Below, piece after piece: positions 32,051 through 41,846 of a DNA stretch of 64,000 nucleotides. The notes below the pieces were generated by a model, which was not told the DNA's origin, did no database searches, and saw only the letters and a list, made by a program, of their open reading frames with translations. Source of the stretch: Planctomycetota bacterium (GTDB lineage Bacteria; Planctomycetota; UBA1135; UBA2386). Where the stretch lies: assembly GCA_046290465.1 (NCBI GenBank), contig JBKAGP010000001.1, positions 1,472,001 through 1,536,000 on the forward strand, written 5' to 3'. Made by a program: the position numbers and the translations under genes. Numbering within the stretch: the stretch's first letter is position 1; each line of letters starts with the position of its first letter.

Positions 32051-34606
32051 ATGTCTGAGCAAGCCGATAGCAGTTCCGCCAGATCGACCATGGGGTGGCC
32101 CTTGGTAGCCGCGCTCGCCATCACGATCGCGCTGGTGGCCGACCGGACCAAGCCGTTCGTGCACTCCCGCCCCAAACCCCGTGATCCGGCGCAAGTGTCG
32201 GGAACGGTCGACGCGAGGCTCTGGCAGGATCCGATCGCCACCGCTCCTGAGATCCGAAGCTCGCCCGTGTCCTCACCGCGCGGAGGATTCGACCGGATCA
32301 CCCTCGTGACGGTCCCGCCCGGACTTCGGCCTCAGCGCGTCGAGTTTCGCTGCAACACCCGCCACGCGATGCACGACGCAATGTCGACGCTCGGGTTCGT
32401 CGCGAGCGTGCCTGCGCTGAGGGAATACGTCGCCTTGGAGCCAGGCGACGACCGAGCCCGGCCGGTAGACGCTACTACCAGCAAGCAAGCCGCGGCAAGG
32501 TCCCCACAGAGCACGCCGACCAGGCTCTACGTCGAGAGCTTTCACGAGCAGGATGGCCGGAACCGTAGGCTCGTCGTATGGGTGCCCGAAGAACGCGACC
32601 TGCACCGGAAACTGGTCGACACGAAGACCCTGCTTCGTCGTCGGGGGCTGGTCTCACGCTCGACACGCTGGGCCATCGTCGGGCCATCATCCTCCGAACT
32701 GGCTGAGGAACTCGTGCCTCTGTCACGTGAGGTCTATTCGCCGTGGGCAACGACGCCCGAGGCCCAGGATTACCTCAAGCGTTCCTTCACGCCCCCGGAC
32801 AGCGACCTCGCGAAGTCGATGCTGGATGAACTGAAGCTCCGCGGAGTGAGATCCAAAGACCCTGTCCTGCTCGTGCTCGAGCGCGACAGCGAATACGCGC
32901 GGCGATGGCTGAAGCACCTCCAGGATCAGGGTTCCGGCGACGGCCGCCTCACGAACATCCGTACGTTCTATTACAGCCGAGGCATCGACGGTGAGTTCAC
33001 CGACCGGACGCAGCCGAACAACCAGTCAGCAGGAAACCTCGCCACCGCGGTCCAGGATCCGTGCGGCTTCGCCACCGCTGACTACCTTCGACGACTTCGA
33101 AACCGTATTCGGCAAGGGCAGGAAGGCACGCACGCGGAGGCGTCGACCCTCCAAGCCGACGCAGTCGGCATCTTCGGCAACGACATCCACGACAAGCTGC
33201 TGATCCTCCAGGCACTGCGCCCAGCCTTGCCGGGCGCGGTCTTCTTTACCAGTGACCTCGACGCCTACTACCTCGACCCCGACGAACAACCGCACACGCG
33301 GAACCTACTGGTGGTCTCTGGCCGAGGGTTGACGCCCAGGGGCAAGTCCCTGATCGGCTCGGTGGCACCGTACCGCAATGGCTACCAGACCAGCGCATTC
33401 CATGCCTTCCGCGCGGCCTTCGCACCCCGGCAGGTCACCACGCGGGAGCTGCCCCAGGTGCGCGTGTTCGAGATCGGACACGGCACCGAGGTCGACCTTT
33501 CGGAAGCCGCCGACAACGTGGCCTGGTTCGGCATGGCCCTGGCCATGTTGGGCATCGTGCTCATCGGAATCGTCAGCTACCGCCTGCTGGGCAACCACGA
33601 GGAAGGTTCGACGGCAGAATGGCCGTCACCGTCCACGCGACGTTGCACGCTGCTGGCGCTCGCCGCCATCGCCATCGCGACCCTGATCGTGATGCGAGTA
33701 GCGGAAGAGCCGATCAGCTGGACGCGCGGCATCTCGATCTGGCCAACGAACGTCTGGCGGCTGCTGGCGATCACCCTGGCGCTGATGTTCGGCCTCAAGG
33801 TACTGCGAGCGATCCAAGAGGCGCTCGAGGACCTTGGTGCCAACCCACCACCGAGCCTGTTCGGCGAGTTGGTGGAGCTCATGACCGGGGGCCGGTGGAC
33901 GCCGCGCCCGCTGTACGGCGACGCCCGAGCAACCAGGCGCGTGGCCGTCGAAGCTGGAGTCTTCGCCATTCTGATTGCGGCCGGCGTGGTTGCTTGGCTG
34001 TTGGTCAGTGGCTGGACACCTCCACCTGCACGAGGCCAGCTTGCGCGGTGCTGGGATTCGAGTGTCAAGTTCCTGGGCATGCTCGCCCTGCTCTGGTTGG
34101 TCGTTCTGGTCGTGCAGTTCGCACGCGTGCAGTCCGCCCGCTGCAGAGCCGTTCGCAGCCAGATCCCGAGGCTCGTCCGGGCCGGCCGTCTCGGAACGAC
34201 TCTGGACGAACTGGCCACAGCGGGAGGCAAAGGCATCTACGGACCGTTCTTCGTGGTCCTGGTATTGAGCCTGGGACGCATCGAGACGTTCGAGCGATGG
34301 ACCTGGCCACTCGCGCTGGTTGCCTTGTTCGTCGGCAGCACGCTCGCGATCATCGTGGCACACGTAGCGCTACACCGCAGCGCCGTTCGCCTACAAGACA
34401 AGGGAACGGAATACCTGAAGGCACAGATCGTCGCGGCCGCCGCGCCTCCTCCTCGCCTCGTGTTCAAGCTCGGCGAACTCACCCGCATGCGCCACGGCAT
34501 CCTCGCCGGCCCGGCCAACCACCCGATCCTGGTCGCGCTGCTGATCCCGTTCTCGGGCATGGGCGGCCTCTCCCTGATCCACATGATGCAGTCGCCCCCA
34601 TTCTGA
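32051..34606 (+). CDS. Large multi-TM hypothetical protein with atypical codon usage
   Basis: N-terminal TM, soluble domain ('ARLWQDP', 'GNDIHDKLLILQALR', 'FFTSDLDA'), several C-terminal TMs; start uncertain. Confidence 0.7.
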   Translation: MSEQADSSSARSTMGWPLVAALAITIALVADRTKPFVHSRPKPRDPAQVSGTVDARLWQDPIATAPEIRSSPVSSPRGGFDRITLVTVPPGLRPQRVEFRCNTRHAMHDAMSTLGFVASVPALREYVALEPGDDRARPVDATTSKQAAARSPQSTPTRLYVESFHEQDGRNRRLVVWVPEERDLHRKLVDTKTLLRRRGLVSRSTRWAIVGPSSSELAEELVPLSREVYSPWATTPEAQDYLKRSFTPPDSDLAKSMLDELKLRGVRSKDPVLLVLERDSEYARRWLKHLQDQGSGDGRLTNIRTFYYSRGIDGEFTDRTQPNNQSAGNLATAVQDPCGFATADYLRRLRNRIRQGQEGTHAEASTLQADAVGIFGNDIHDKLLILQALRPALPGAVFFTSDLDAYYLDPDEQPHTRNLLVVSGRGLTPRGKSLIGSVAPYRNGYQTSAFHAFRAAFAPRQVTTRELPQVRVFEIGHGTEVDLSEAADNVAWFGMALAMLGIVLIGIVSYRLLGNHEEGSTAEWPSPSTRRCTLLALAAIAIATLIVMRVAEEPISWTRGISIWPTNVWRLLAITLALMFGLKVLRAIQEALEDLGANPPPSLFGELVELMTGGRWTPRPLYGDARATRRVAVEAGVFAILIAAGVVAWLLVSGWTPPPARGQLARCWDSSVKFLGMLALLWLVVLVVQFARVQSARCRAVRSQIPRLVRAGRLGTTLDELATAGGKGIYGPFFVVLVLSLGRIETFERWTWPLALVALFVGSTLAIIVAHVALHRSAVRLQDKGTEYLKAQIVAAAAPPPRLVFKLGELTRMRHGILAGPANHPILVALLIPFSGMGGLSLIHMMQSPPF

Positions 34607-34625
34607 TCGCGCTATGGTGCTCGGC

Positions 34626-35354
34626 ATGGCACCTGGTCTGTTCGTCAAGCGGATCGCGATCGACGAGATCGACGAGGATCTCGCGGACGAGCATCCGTTC
34701 GACCTGCCGGCGGTGCAGCGCTTCGGAGAACGCAGACTGACGTCGCCCGTCACCGTGTTCGTCGGCGAGAACGGCAGCGGCAAGTCGACGCTGCTCGAAG
34801 CGCTCGCGGTGGCGCTCGGACTCAACGCCGAGGGCGGCAGCCGCAACACCCGGTTCACCACCCGCCCGAGCCACTCGGAGCTGTTCCAGTGGCTGACCGT
34901 CAGCCGCAGTGCGCATCGCCCACGCGACGCCTACTTCCTCCGGGCAGAGTCGTTCTACAACCTTGCCTCGGACATCGAGAAGGTCGACCCCTCGCACACG
35001 TCGTACGGCGGCAACCCGCTGCACGAGCAGTCGCACGGCGAGTCGTTCCTCAACCTCGCGCTCGAGCGCTTCGGCGGCCCCGGCATCTACCTGCTCGACG
35101 AGCCCGAGTCGGCGCTGTCGCCGCAGCGGCAGCTGGCGCTGCTGGCGCGCATGCACGACCTCGTCGCCGCCGGCTCGCAGTTCTTCCTCGCCACGCACGC
35201 CCCCATCCTGATGGCCTACCCCAGCGCTGACGTCTGGCAGTTCACGGACGAAGGCATCACCAGCACGAAGCCGCAGGACACCGAGCACTGGCAACTGCTG
35301 CGCAGCTTCCTCAACGACCCCGACAACACCCTCGACGCCCTGCTGCAGGAATGA
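34626..35354 (+). CDS. Predicted ABC/AAA ATPase (COG3910-like)
   Basis: 'GENGSGKSTLLEALA', 'SHGESF', 'LLDEPESALSP', 'ATHAPIL'. Confidence 0.9.
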   Translation: MAPGLFVKRIAIDEIDEDLADEHPFDLPAVQRFGERRLTSPVTVFVGENGSGKSTLLEALAVALGLNAEGGSRNTRFTTRPSHSELFQWLTVSRSAHRPRDAYFLRAESFYNLASDIEKVDPSHTSYGGNPLHEQSHGESFLNLALERFGGPGIYLLDEPESALSPQRQLALLARMHDLVAAGSQFFLATHAPILMAYPSADVWQFTDEGITSTKPQDTEHWQLLRSFLNDPDNTLDALLQE

Positions 35355-35977
35355 CCGACAGCTACCGCACGCTCCGAGCGCACGTCGAGCACGAACCCGA
35401 CAAGGTCAAGGGCTCGCGCCACATCGCCAACCTGTTCGCGGTGAAGAACCAGCAGGAGATCGACGACGCGCTGCAGTCGGTGCGCGCGCGCATGCCCGAC
35501 GCCAACCACCACGCGTTCGCGTGGCGACTCGGTCGCGGCGAGAACGACTTCCGCTACAGCGACGACGGCGAACCGAGCGGCTCGGCCGGGCGCCCGATGC
35601 TGCAGCAGCTCGACGGCCGCGAACTGACCGACGTGCTGGCCGTCGTGTCGCGCTACTTCGGCGGCACCAAGCTCGGCACCGGCGGCCTGGTGCGCGCCTA
35701 CGGTGGCGCGGTCAAGGAGGCGCTCGACCTGGCCGAGATCGTCGAGGTGATCCCGCACGCGACGATCCGCATCGCGCACGCCTACGAGGACTCGGGCGCG
35801 ATCGCGTCGGTGCTCAACCAGTTCGACATCCAGCCGAGCAGCTCCGACTACGGCTCCGACGTGACGGTCGAGCTGTCGATCCCGCAGGTGCGCGCCGACG
35901 AGTTTGCGCGGGCGATCACGGACGCGACGGCCGCGCGGGCGCGCGTCGACGTCGAAGGGTCCGATCGCGCTAGCTGA
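35351..35977 (+). CDS. YigZ/IMPACT family protein
   Basis: 'KGSRHI', 'SDDGEPSGSAGRPML', 'RYFGGTKLGTGGLVRAY'. Confidence 0.93.
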   Translation: MTDSYRTLRAHVEHEPDKVKGSRHIANLFAVKNQQEIDDALQSVRARMPDANHHAFAWRLGRGENDFRYSDDGEPSGSAGRPMLQQLDGRELTDVLAVVSRYFGGTKLGTGGLVRAYGGAVKEALDLAEIVEVIPHATIRIAHAYEDSGAIASVLNQFDIQPSSSDYGSDVTVELSIPQVRADEFARAITDATAARARVDVEGSDRAS

Positions 35978-36509
35978 TCAAGCCACCGAGGGCCCACCAA
36001 CCGAGCAGGGCCAACAGTGACAGGAGCAGCAGGCGGATGCCGAGGGTCTCGGCCCGCGCGGTGCGCGCGTCGGCCTCCTCGTCGAACTCGTCGCCCGGCG
36101 CGATCTTCAGCGCGAGGTCGTCGTCCTCGTCGTCGAGATCGTCCGCGGCCTCGTCCCTCTGCCAGTCGACGATCCACTGCGCCACCATCCGCCGCGCCGC
36201 GTCGACCTGGTGCTCGCGCACCGCGACGAACGGCCGGCCGTCCCCCGGCCGCTCGCGCGACAGCGTCACCTCGTCGCCATCCTCCGGCTCCTGGTTGGCG
36301 ACCGCGAACAAGCCCGCTTCGCGCAGGTCCCGTGCGAGCCACCGCGCCTGCAGTTCGTCGTCGCCGACCCAGACCTCGACGAAGTGCCCGACGATCCGCG
36401 CCCGGCGGCGGCGCGTGCGACGCAGCACCTGCCAGACGCTGACGAACAGCGCCACGATCACGATCACCGGCGCGAGCCGGGACAGGTCGAACGGGCCGGA
36501 GGCGATCAC
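35970..36509 (-). CDS. Hypothetical membrane protein
   Basis: N- and C-terminal hydrophobic segments; fills the gap between neighbours. Confidence 0.6.
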   Translation of the reverse strand: MIASGPFDLSRLAPVIVIVALFVSVWQVLRRTRRRRARIVGHFVEVWVGDDELQARWLARDLREAGLFAVANQEPEDGDEVTLSRERPGDGRPFVAVREHQVDAARRMVAQWIVDWQRDEAADDLDDEDDDLALKIAPGDEFDEEADARTARAETLGIRLLLLSLLALLGWWALGGLIS

Positions 36510-36524
36510 GTCGCCATCATGCCG

Positions 36525-37538
36525 TCACGCCGGCACGCCGACCACGATGCCCAGCGGGCACTCGGTGGCGAGCACGCGGTCGAGCCGCAGGCCGGCCCTG
36601 GCGAACAGCGCGGCGAACTCGGCCTCGGTGCGTTCCTTGCCGCCGGTCAGCACCAGCATGTTGACGTCGAGCAGCTTGCCCCAGCTCGGCTCGTTGCCTT
36701 CGACCACGACGTTGTCGACGACGAACACCCGCCCGTCCGCCGACAGGTTGGCGCGGCAGTTCTGCAGGATCCGCACGCAGCGGTCGTCGTCCCAGTCGTG
36801 CAGGATGTACTTCATCAGGTAGGCGTCGACGCCGCCCGGTACCGCCTCGAAGAAGTCGCCGCCGGCGAACGCCACGCGCTCGCCGAGTCCCTGCAGGTAG
36901 CCCGCCTGCTTCGCCCCGTGCACGACCTGCGGCTGGTCGAACAGCACGCCGCGCAGCGCCGCATGCTGCTGCATCACGGCAGCCAGCAGGTGGCCGCCGG
37001 AGCCGCCGACATCCATCAACGAGCCGATTCCGTCGAGCGGCAGGGCCGCGGCGACGGCCGGGTTCTCGGCGCCGCTGATGCTGGCCATCGCGCGCGCGAA
37101 CACGGCTTCGTCGTCGGGGTGCTGCTGCAGGTAGGCGAAGCCCCCCATGCCGAACACCTCGTCGAATGGCGTGCGTTGCTCTCGGATGCCGACGTCGAGC
37201 GCGTCCCAGCCGTGCCAGTTGTACGACGCCGGCATCATGCGCGCGAAGTCGCGCATCGAGTCCGGCCGGTCGCTGCGCAGCGTCGCGCCGAGCTCGGTGT
37301 TGGCGTAGCGGCCGTCGCCGTCGACCGAGAACACCCCGACGCCGGTCAGCGCCCGCATCATCCGGTGCAGCCGCTCTGGATCGGCGCCGACCTCGCCAGC
37401 GACCTCGGCGGCCGTCCGGGCGCGATCGCCGAGCGCGTCCGCCAACCCCATCTCGGCAGCGACGTGCACCATCTTGGACACCCAGTACCCGTTGATCAGG
37501 TCGAGCATCTGAACCGGCAGCGGCTTCGCGTTCGTCAT
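36525..37538 (-). CDS. O-methyltransferase (dimerisation + Methyltransf_2)
   Basis: 'MDVGGSGG', 'GGDFFEAVP', 'KYILHDWDD', 'GGKERTEAEF'. Confidence 0.93.
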   Translation of the reverse strand: MTNAKPLPVQMLDLINGYWVSKMVHVAAEMGLADALGDRARTAAEVAGEVGADPERLHRMMRALTGVGVFSVDGDGRYANTELGATLRSDRPDSMRDFARMMPASYNWHGWDALDVGIREQRTPFDEVFGMGGFAYLQQHPDDEAVFARAMASISGAENPAVAAALPLDGIGSLMDVGGSGGHLLAAVMQQHAALRGVLFDQPQVVHGAKQAGYLQGLGERVAFAGGDFFEAVPGGVDAYLMKYILHDWDDDRCVRILQNCRANLSADGRVFVVDNVVVEGNEPSWGKLLDVNMLVLTGGKERTEAEFAALFARAGLRLDRVLATECPLGIVVGVPA

Positions 37539-37718
37539 CACACGAACCTACAGCGAGCCAGACGCTGAGCCGTTACACCAGCGTTCGAACGTCCGAGAGG
37601 AGCTTGCCGGGGGCGCTGGGAGGCGACTCAGAGGGAGTCGCGTGGATCGCAGCCGCCAACGGCGGCTTCGATCCACACCTGACCCTGACGGGTCTGACAC
37701 TTCGCGCGCAGCGCGAAG

Positions 37719-37795
37719 TGGCACACCCGTCAGGAGTCGAACCTGAAACCTCCTGATCCGTAGTCAGGTGCTCTATCCAATTGAGCTACGGGTGC
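37719..37795 (-). tRNA. tRNA-Arg (anticodon ACG) with encoded CCA
   Basis: GCACCCGTAGCTCAATTGGATAGAGCACCTGACTACGGATCAGGAGGTTTCAGGTTCGACTCCTGACGGGTGTGCCA, 77 nt cloverleaf. Confidence 0.97.
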
Positions 37796-37969
37796 GCAGT
37801 TGGGGCGAGGACGCTACCGCCTCCCCGGCCCCCTTGCAAGCGCTTTTCGTCAGCCGCATGGGCCCCTGCCGAGCCGCACTGGATACCCAGAACCCCACCG
37901 GCTAACCTGCTTCGCCCCGATTCGGACCCGCCGGATCGCATCGCCCTGATCAGCACCCCGCTTCCCGCA

Positions 37970-39550
37970 ATGTCCACCGTCGATCTTTCCCAGTACGGCA
38001 TCAAGGTCACCAACGTCCTCCGCAACGCCCAGCCCTCGGTCCTCTACGAGCAGGCGCTGGCCCGCGGCGAAGGCGAGATCGTCAGCACCGGCGCGCTCGC
38101 CGCGCGCTCGGGCGAGAAGACCGGCCGTTCGCCGAAGGACAAGCGCATCGTCGACGAGCCGAGCACGACCGGCGACATCTGGTGGGGCGACGTCAACATC
38201 AAGCTCCAGGAGAAGACGTTCGAGATCAACAAGCGCCGCGCGATCGACTTCCTCAACACGCGCGACCAGCTCTACGTCGTCGACGGCCTGGCCGGCTGGG
38301 ACCCGAAGCACCAGATCAAGGTGCGCATCATCTGCCTGAACGCCTACCACGCGCTGTTCATGCACAACATGCTGATCCGCCCCACCGCGGAGCAGCTGGC
38401 CGAGTTCGGCGAGCCGGACTACGTGATCTTCAACGGCGGCCTGTTCCCGGCCAACCCGCTGACCAACGAGATGAGCAGCTCGACCTCGGTCGACCTCAAC
38501 TTCGCCAAGGGCGAGTTCGTGATCCTCGGCACGCAGTACGCCGGTGAGATGAAGAAGGGTGTGTTCACGATCATGAACTACCTGCTGCCGAAGAAGGACA
38601 TCATGTCGATGCACTGCTCGGCCAACGAAGGCGAGGGCGGCGACGTGTCGCTGTTCTTCGGCCTGTCGGGCACCGGCAAGACGACCCTGTCGGCCGACCC
38701 GCGCCGCAAGCTGATCGGCGACGACGAGCACGGCTGGTCGGACGACGGCGTGTTCAACGTCGAGGGCGGCTGCTACGCCAAGTGCATCGACCTGAGCCAG
38801 GAGAAGGAGCCCGAGATCTGGGACGCCATCCGCTTCGGCTCGGTCGTCGAGAACGTCGTCTACGACCGGCACACCCGGGTCGTCGACTACACCGACAAGT
38901 CGATCACCGAGAACACGCGCTGCAGCTACCCGGTCGAGTACATCCCCAACGTCAAGATGCCGTGCGTCGGCGGCCACCCGAAGAACGTCATCTTCCTGAC
39001 GTGTGACGCGTTCGGCGTGCTGCCGCCGGTCAGCAAGCTGACCCCGGAGCAGGCGATGTACCACTTCATCTCGGGCTACACGGCCAAGGTCGCCGGCACC
39101 GAGATGGGCGTGACCGAGCCCGAGGCGACGTTCTCGGCGTGCTTCGGCGCCGCGTTCATGGTCTGGCACCCGGCGAAGTACGCCGAGCTGCTGGCCGACA
39201 AGATCGCCAAGAACGGCTCGACCGCGTGGCTGGTCAACACCGGCTGGAGCGGCGGCGCCTACGGCACCGGCGCGCGCATGAGCCTCAAGCACACCCGCGC
39301 GATGCTCGACGCGATCCACGACGGCTCACTGCAGAACGCGCCGACCGAGGTCGACCCGATCTTCGGCCTCGAGATCCCGACCGAGTGCTCCGGCGTGCCG
39401 AGCGAGATCCTGATCGCGCGCAACACGTGGACCGACAAGAACGCCTACGACGAGAAGGCCAAGCACCTCGCCTCGCTGTTCCACAAGAACTTCGAGAAGT
39501 TCGCCGACCAGGCGAGCGACGCGATCAAGGGCGCGGGCCCGAAGCTGTAG
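37970..39550 (+). CDS. pckA: Phosphoenolpyruvate carboxykinase (ATP)
   Basis: 'TGRSPKDK', 'YAGEMKKG', '[13 protein letters not shown]', 'LIGDDEHGW', 'EGGCYAK', 'ENTR'. Confidence 0.98.
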   Translation: MSTVDLSQYGIKVTNVLRNAQPSVLYEQALARGEGEIVSTGALAARSGEKTGRSPKDKRIVDEPSTTGDIWWGDVNIKLQEKTFEINKRRAIDFLNTRDQLYVVDGLAGWDPKHQIKVRIICLNAYHALFMHNMLIRPTAEQLAEFGEPDYVIFNGGLFPANPLTNEMSSSTSVDLNFAKGEFVILGTQYAGEMKKGVFTIMNYLLPKKDIMSMHCSANEGEGGDVSLFFGLSGTGKTTLSADPRRKLIGDDEHGWSDDGVFNVEGGCYAKCIDLSQEKEPEIWDAIRFGSVVENVVYDRHTRVVDYTDKSITENTRCSYPVEYIPNVKMPCVGGHPKNVIFLTCDAFGVLPPVSKLTPEQAMYHFISGYTAKVAGTEMGVTEPEATFSACFGAAFMVWHPAKYAELLADKIAKNGSTAWLVNTGWSGGAYGTGARMSLKHTRAMLDAIHDGSLQNAPTEVDPIFGLEIPTECSGVPSEILIARNTWTDKNAYDEKAKHLASLFHKNFEKFADQASDAIKGAGPKL

Positions 39551-39583
39551 GTCGGTCGGGCCGCAGGATTCGCACGCGCGCCC

Positions 39584-41404
39584 TCACGGCCGCCGCGCGT
39601 CCCCGACTGCGAGGCTGCGCACGCCGTCATCGGCGTCGAACGCAGCCTCTCCGGCCAGCAGCGCGATGCGATGCTGCTGCGCCGCCGCGCCGCGCAGCGC
39701 CCGGTAGGCAGCAAAGCGCAGCTCGGCATCGCGATGCGTGGTGCGCGCGCCGACGAACCGCGCCACCGAGGCGCTCCACTTCGGCGCCTCTTCGAGCGCT
39801 GCGACCAACGCCCGCTGGAACACCACCGACCGCCGTGCCGGCGCCGTCTCCACCAACGCCAGCAGCGACTCGTGATCGCGTTCGGCCTGCGCCGCGACGA
39901 GCGGCTCGAAGACCGTTGCCGCCCCCACCGCGAGAGCGGCCGCTGCGGGCTCGCCGACCCGGAACGTGACCGCGATCTCGGCCGCGAGCCGCGCGCGCGC
40001 GGCACCTGCACCGCGCAGTTCGGGGAGCATCCCGCGGATCACGTCCCGCCCGCCGTCGACCGCCGCGAGACGGCGACAGGCGGCGCGCGCCAGCCGCGGA
40101 TCGCGGGCGCGGCACCAGCGCGCCAGCACGGTTCGTTCGCGACCCGCGTCGAGCGCGGGTGCGCGCAGCAGCACGTGCCGGATCCACGCCGCGCGCAGGC
40201 GCGGCGACCGACGCGGCGCCACCTCGAGGCAGTCGTCGAGGCGCCAGCTGGTCCGCGATCCCAGCCGCCTCCAGATCCGCAGCAGGTCGCCGACGTCGGC
40301 GTCCGCGAGCGGCAGCATGTCGAGCTGCAGCCAGTCGCGCGTCGGCCCGCCGTTCGGCAGCGCGAGCAGGCGGTGCCTGGTCGCGCATCGCACGGCCTCG
40401 CCCACCGGGCCGGCTGCGAGGTTCTGCTCCAGCCAGGCGAGGCGGTGCGGCGCCGCCCGCGGCAACACGCCGACGAGGACCATCACGACGCCGTACTGCC
40501 ACGCGTTGAGCCCCTGCTGCGGCTGCTCGTGCCACTTCGCGGCGGCATTGGCGTACCACCCGAACCACGTGTCCGCGGCCTGTGCATCGACGTCCGGAGC
40601 CGTCAGCGAATGACACAGCAGCACGATCCTCGGGTCGTGCGTCCCGGGCCCGATCGCGTCCCGCCAGCGACCGCCGGCATAGGCAGCCGCCAGAACGTAG
40701 CGTCGCGACCGCGGGTCGGCCGGAGCCGACAGGGCGTGCAGCGTCTCCATGCGCGGCGCGCTGCGACGGTTCGGCTCCCAGGCGCCGAAGGCAACCTGCT
40801 TCGGCGGCATCGCATGCGGCGCCCGCGCCCCGAGCCGTCGACGCAGCTCCGTCGTTGCGCCGTGCTGGTCGAGCACCAGCACGAACTGCTGCCAGGCGAG
40901 GCTCGCGACCCGTTGGTCTCGATGATCGAGCAGCGGCAGCAGCAGCGCCTGCACCCGAGCGGGATCGGCCCGACGCAGATCGTCGAACGCCGGCACGGCG
41001 ACGGCCAGCCGCGCCAGCTCCGCATCCGTCGTCGTGTTGGCGAGCGCAAACAGCGCTTCGACGCCCTTCGGGTCGGCGACAACCGCCTCCGCGAAGCACC
41101 TGCGCACGTCCTTGGCAGCGTCTGCGCGAGCGCCCTGGCCCTCGGCCCCGGCCGCGCCGGCCAGCCGTAGACCATGCTGCAGGCGCTGCATCGCGCGGCG
41201 CCAACCGACGGCGCGGCTGCGCAACGCTGCCGAGCGCGGCTTCTGCGGCAGCGACCATTCGCGTCGAAGCGACCGGTAGCGCTGCCACGCCACGAACCGC
41301 GGATCTTCCGGCGGCTCGGCGACGACCGGTTCGGGAGCCTGCGCCGCGACCGGCAGCAGCAAGAGGGCCAGGACCATCGATCGCATCACTGCCTGCATGG
41401 GCAT
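39584..41404 (-). CDS. Secreted hypothetical protein, Ala/Arg-rich helical (HEAT-like)
   Basis: GGAGG upstream, signal-like N-terminus, long ORF. Confidence 0.55.
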   Translation of the reverse strand: MPMQAVMRSMVLALLLLPVAAQAPEPVVAEPPEDPRFVAWQRYRSLRREWSLPQKPRSAALRSRAVGWRRAMQRLQHGLRLAGAAGAEGQGARADAAKDVRRCFAEAVVADPKGVEALFALANTTTDAELARLAVAVPAFDDLRRADPARVQALLLPLLDHRDQRVASLAWQQFVLVLDQHGATTELRRRLGARAPHAMPPKQVAFGAWEPNRRSAPRMETLHALSAPADPRSRRYVLAAAYAGGRWRDAIGPGTHDPRIVLLCHSLTAPDVDAQAADTWFGWYANAAAKWHEQPQQGLNAWQYGVVMVLVGVLPRAAPHRLAWLEQNLAAGPVGEAVRCATRHRLLALPNGGPTRDWLQLDMLPLADADVGDLLRIWRRLGSRTSWRLDDCLEVAPRRSPRLRAAWIRHVLLRAPALDAGRERTVLARWCRARDPRLARAACRRLAAVDGGRDVIRGMLPELRGAGAARARLAAEIAVTFRVGEPAAAALAVGAATVFEPLVAAQAERDHESLLALVETAPARRSVVFQRALVAALEEAPKWSASVARFVGARTTHRDAELRFAAYRALRGAAAQQHRIALLAGEAAFDADDGVRSLAVGDARRP

Positions 41405-41568
41405 CCTCCGTCACGTGTTGCACAACTACTCTCCCATGCAAAGCTATCGGCATCACACAGTGTCCGCAACCACCCCGGCAAGCCCGACAACCTGCGGCCG
41501 TCGTGGCGGCGCATGGTCTCGCACGTGACCAGGCCGGCAGCCAATGGTGCGACGCGCTGCCGGCGCGC

Positions 41569-41796
41569 ACCAACCCGCGCGGCTGGCCCGACGCCGAACC
41601 GCTGGCCGTCCGGCGACCTGGCTCGCGACGGATCCTCGCGCTCGGCGACTCGATGACGTTCGGTGCCAAAGTCGACTACGGCCAGCGCTTCACCGAGGAT
41701 CTCGAGGACGAACGGACCGAGGTCCTCGACCCCGGCGTCTCTGCGTACGGCACCAACCAGCAACTACGTGCCGAACTGGCCCGCCGCGGTTGGTAG
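41569..41796 (+). pseudogene. Remnant of an SGNH/GDSL hydrolase gene
   Basis: 'RILALGDSMTFG...GVSAYGTNQQ' followed by an early TAG; no clear start; later blocks missing. Confidence 0.65.
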
Positions 41797-41846
41797 CGAT
41801 TCCGCAACGCGGTCGTGCCGACCGGCCGGTGCCCTACCATGTCTCG

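Noticed and set aside
32051..35354. Membrane protein plus ATPase as an anti-phage defence pair
   Set aside because: The ATPase has its own -10 box, host-like codons and is coupled to the YigZ gene; no nuclease or other defence motif seen
37719..37795. tRNA considered as tRNA-Sec or as an island attachment site
   Set aside because: Anticodon is ACG with a standard 77-nt fold; no integrase and no direct repeat of the 3' end seen in the window
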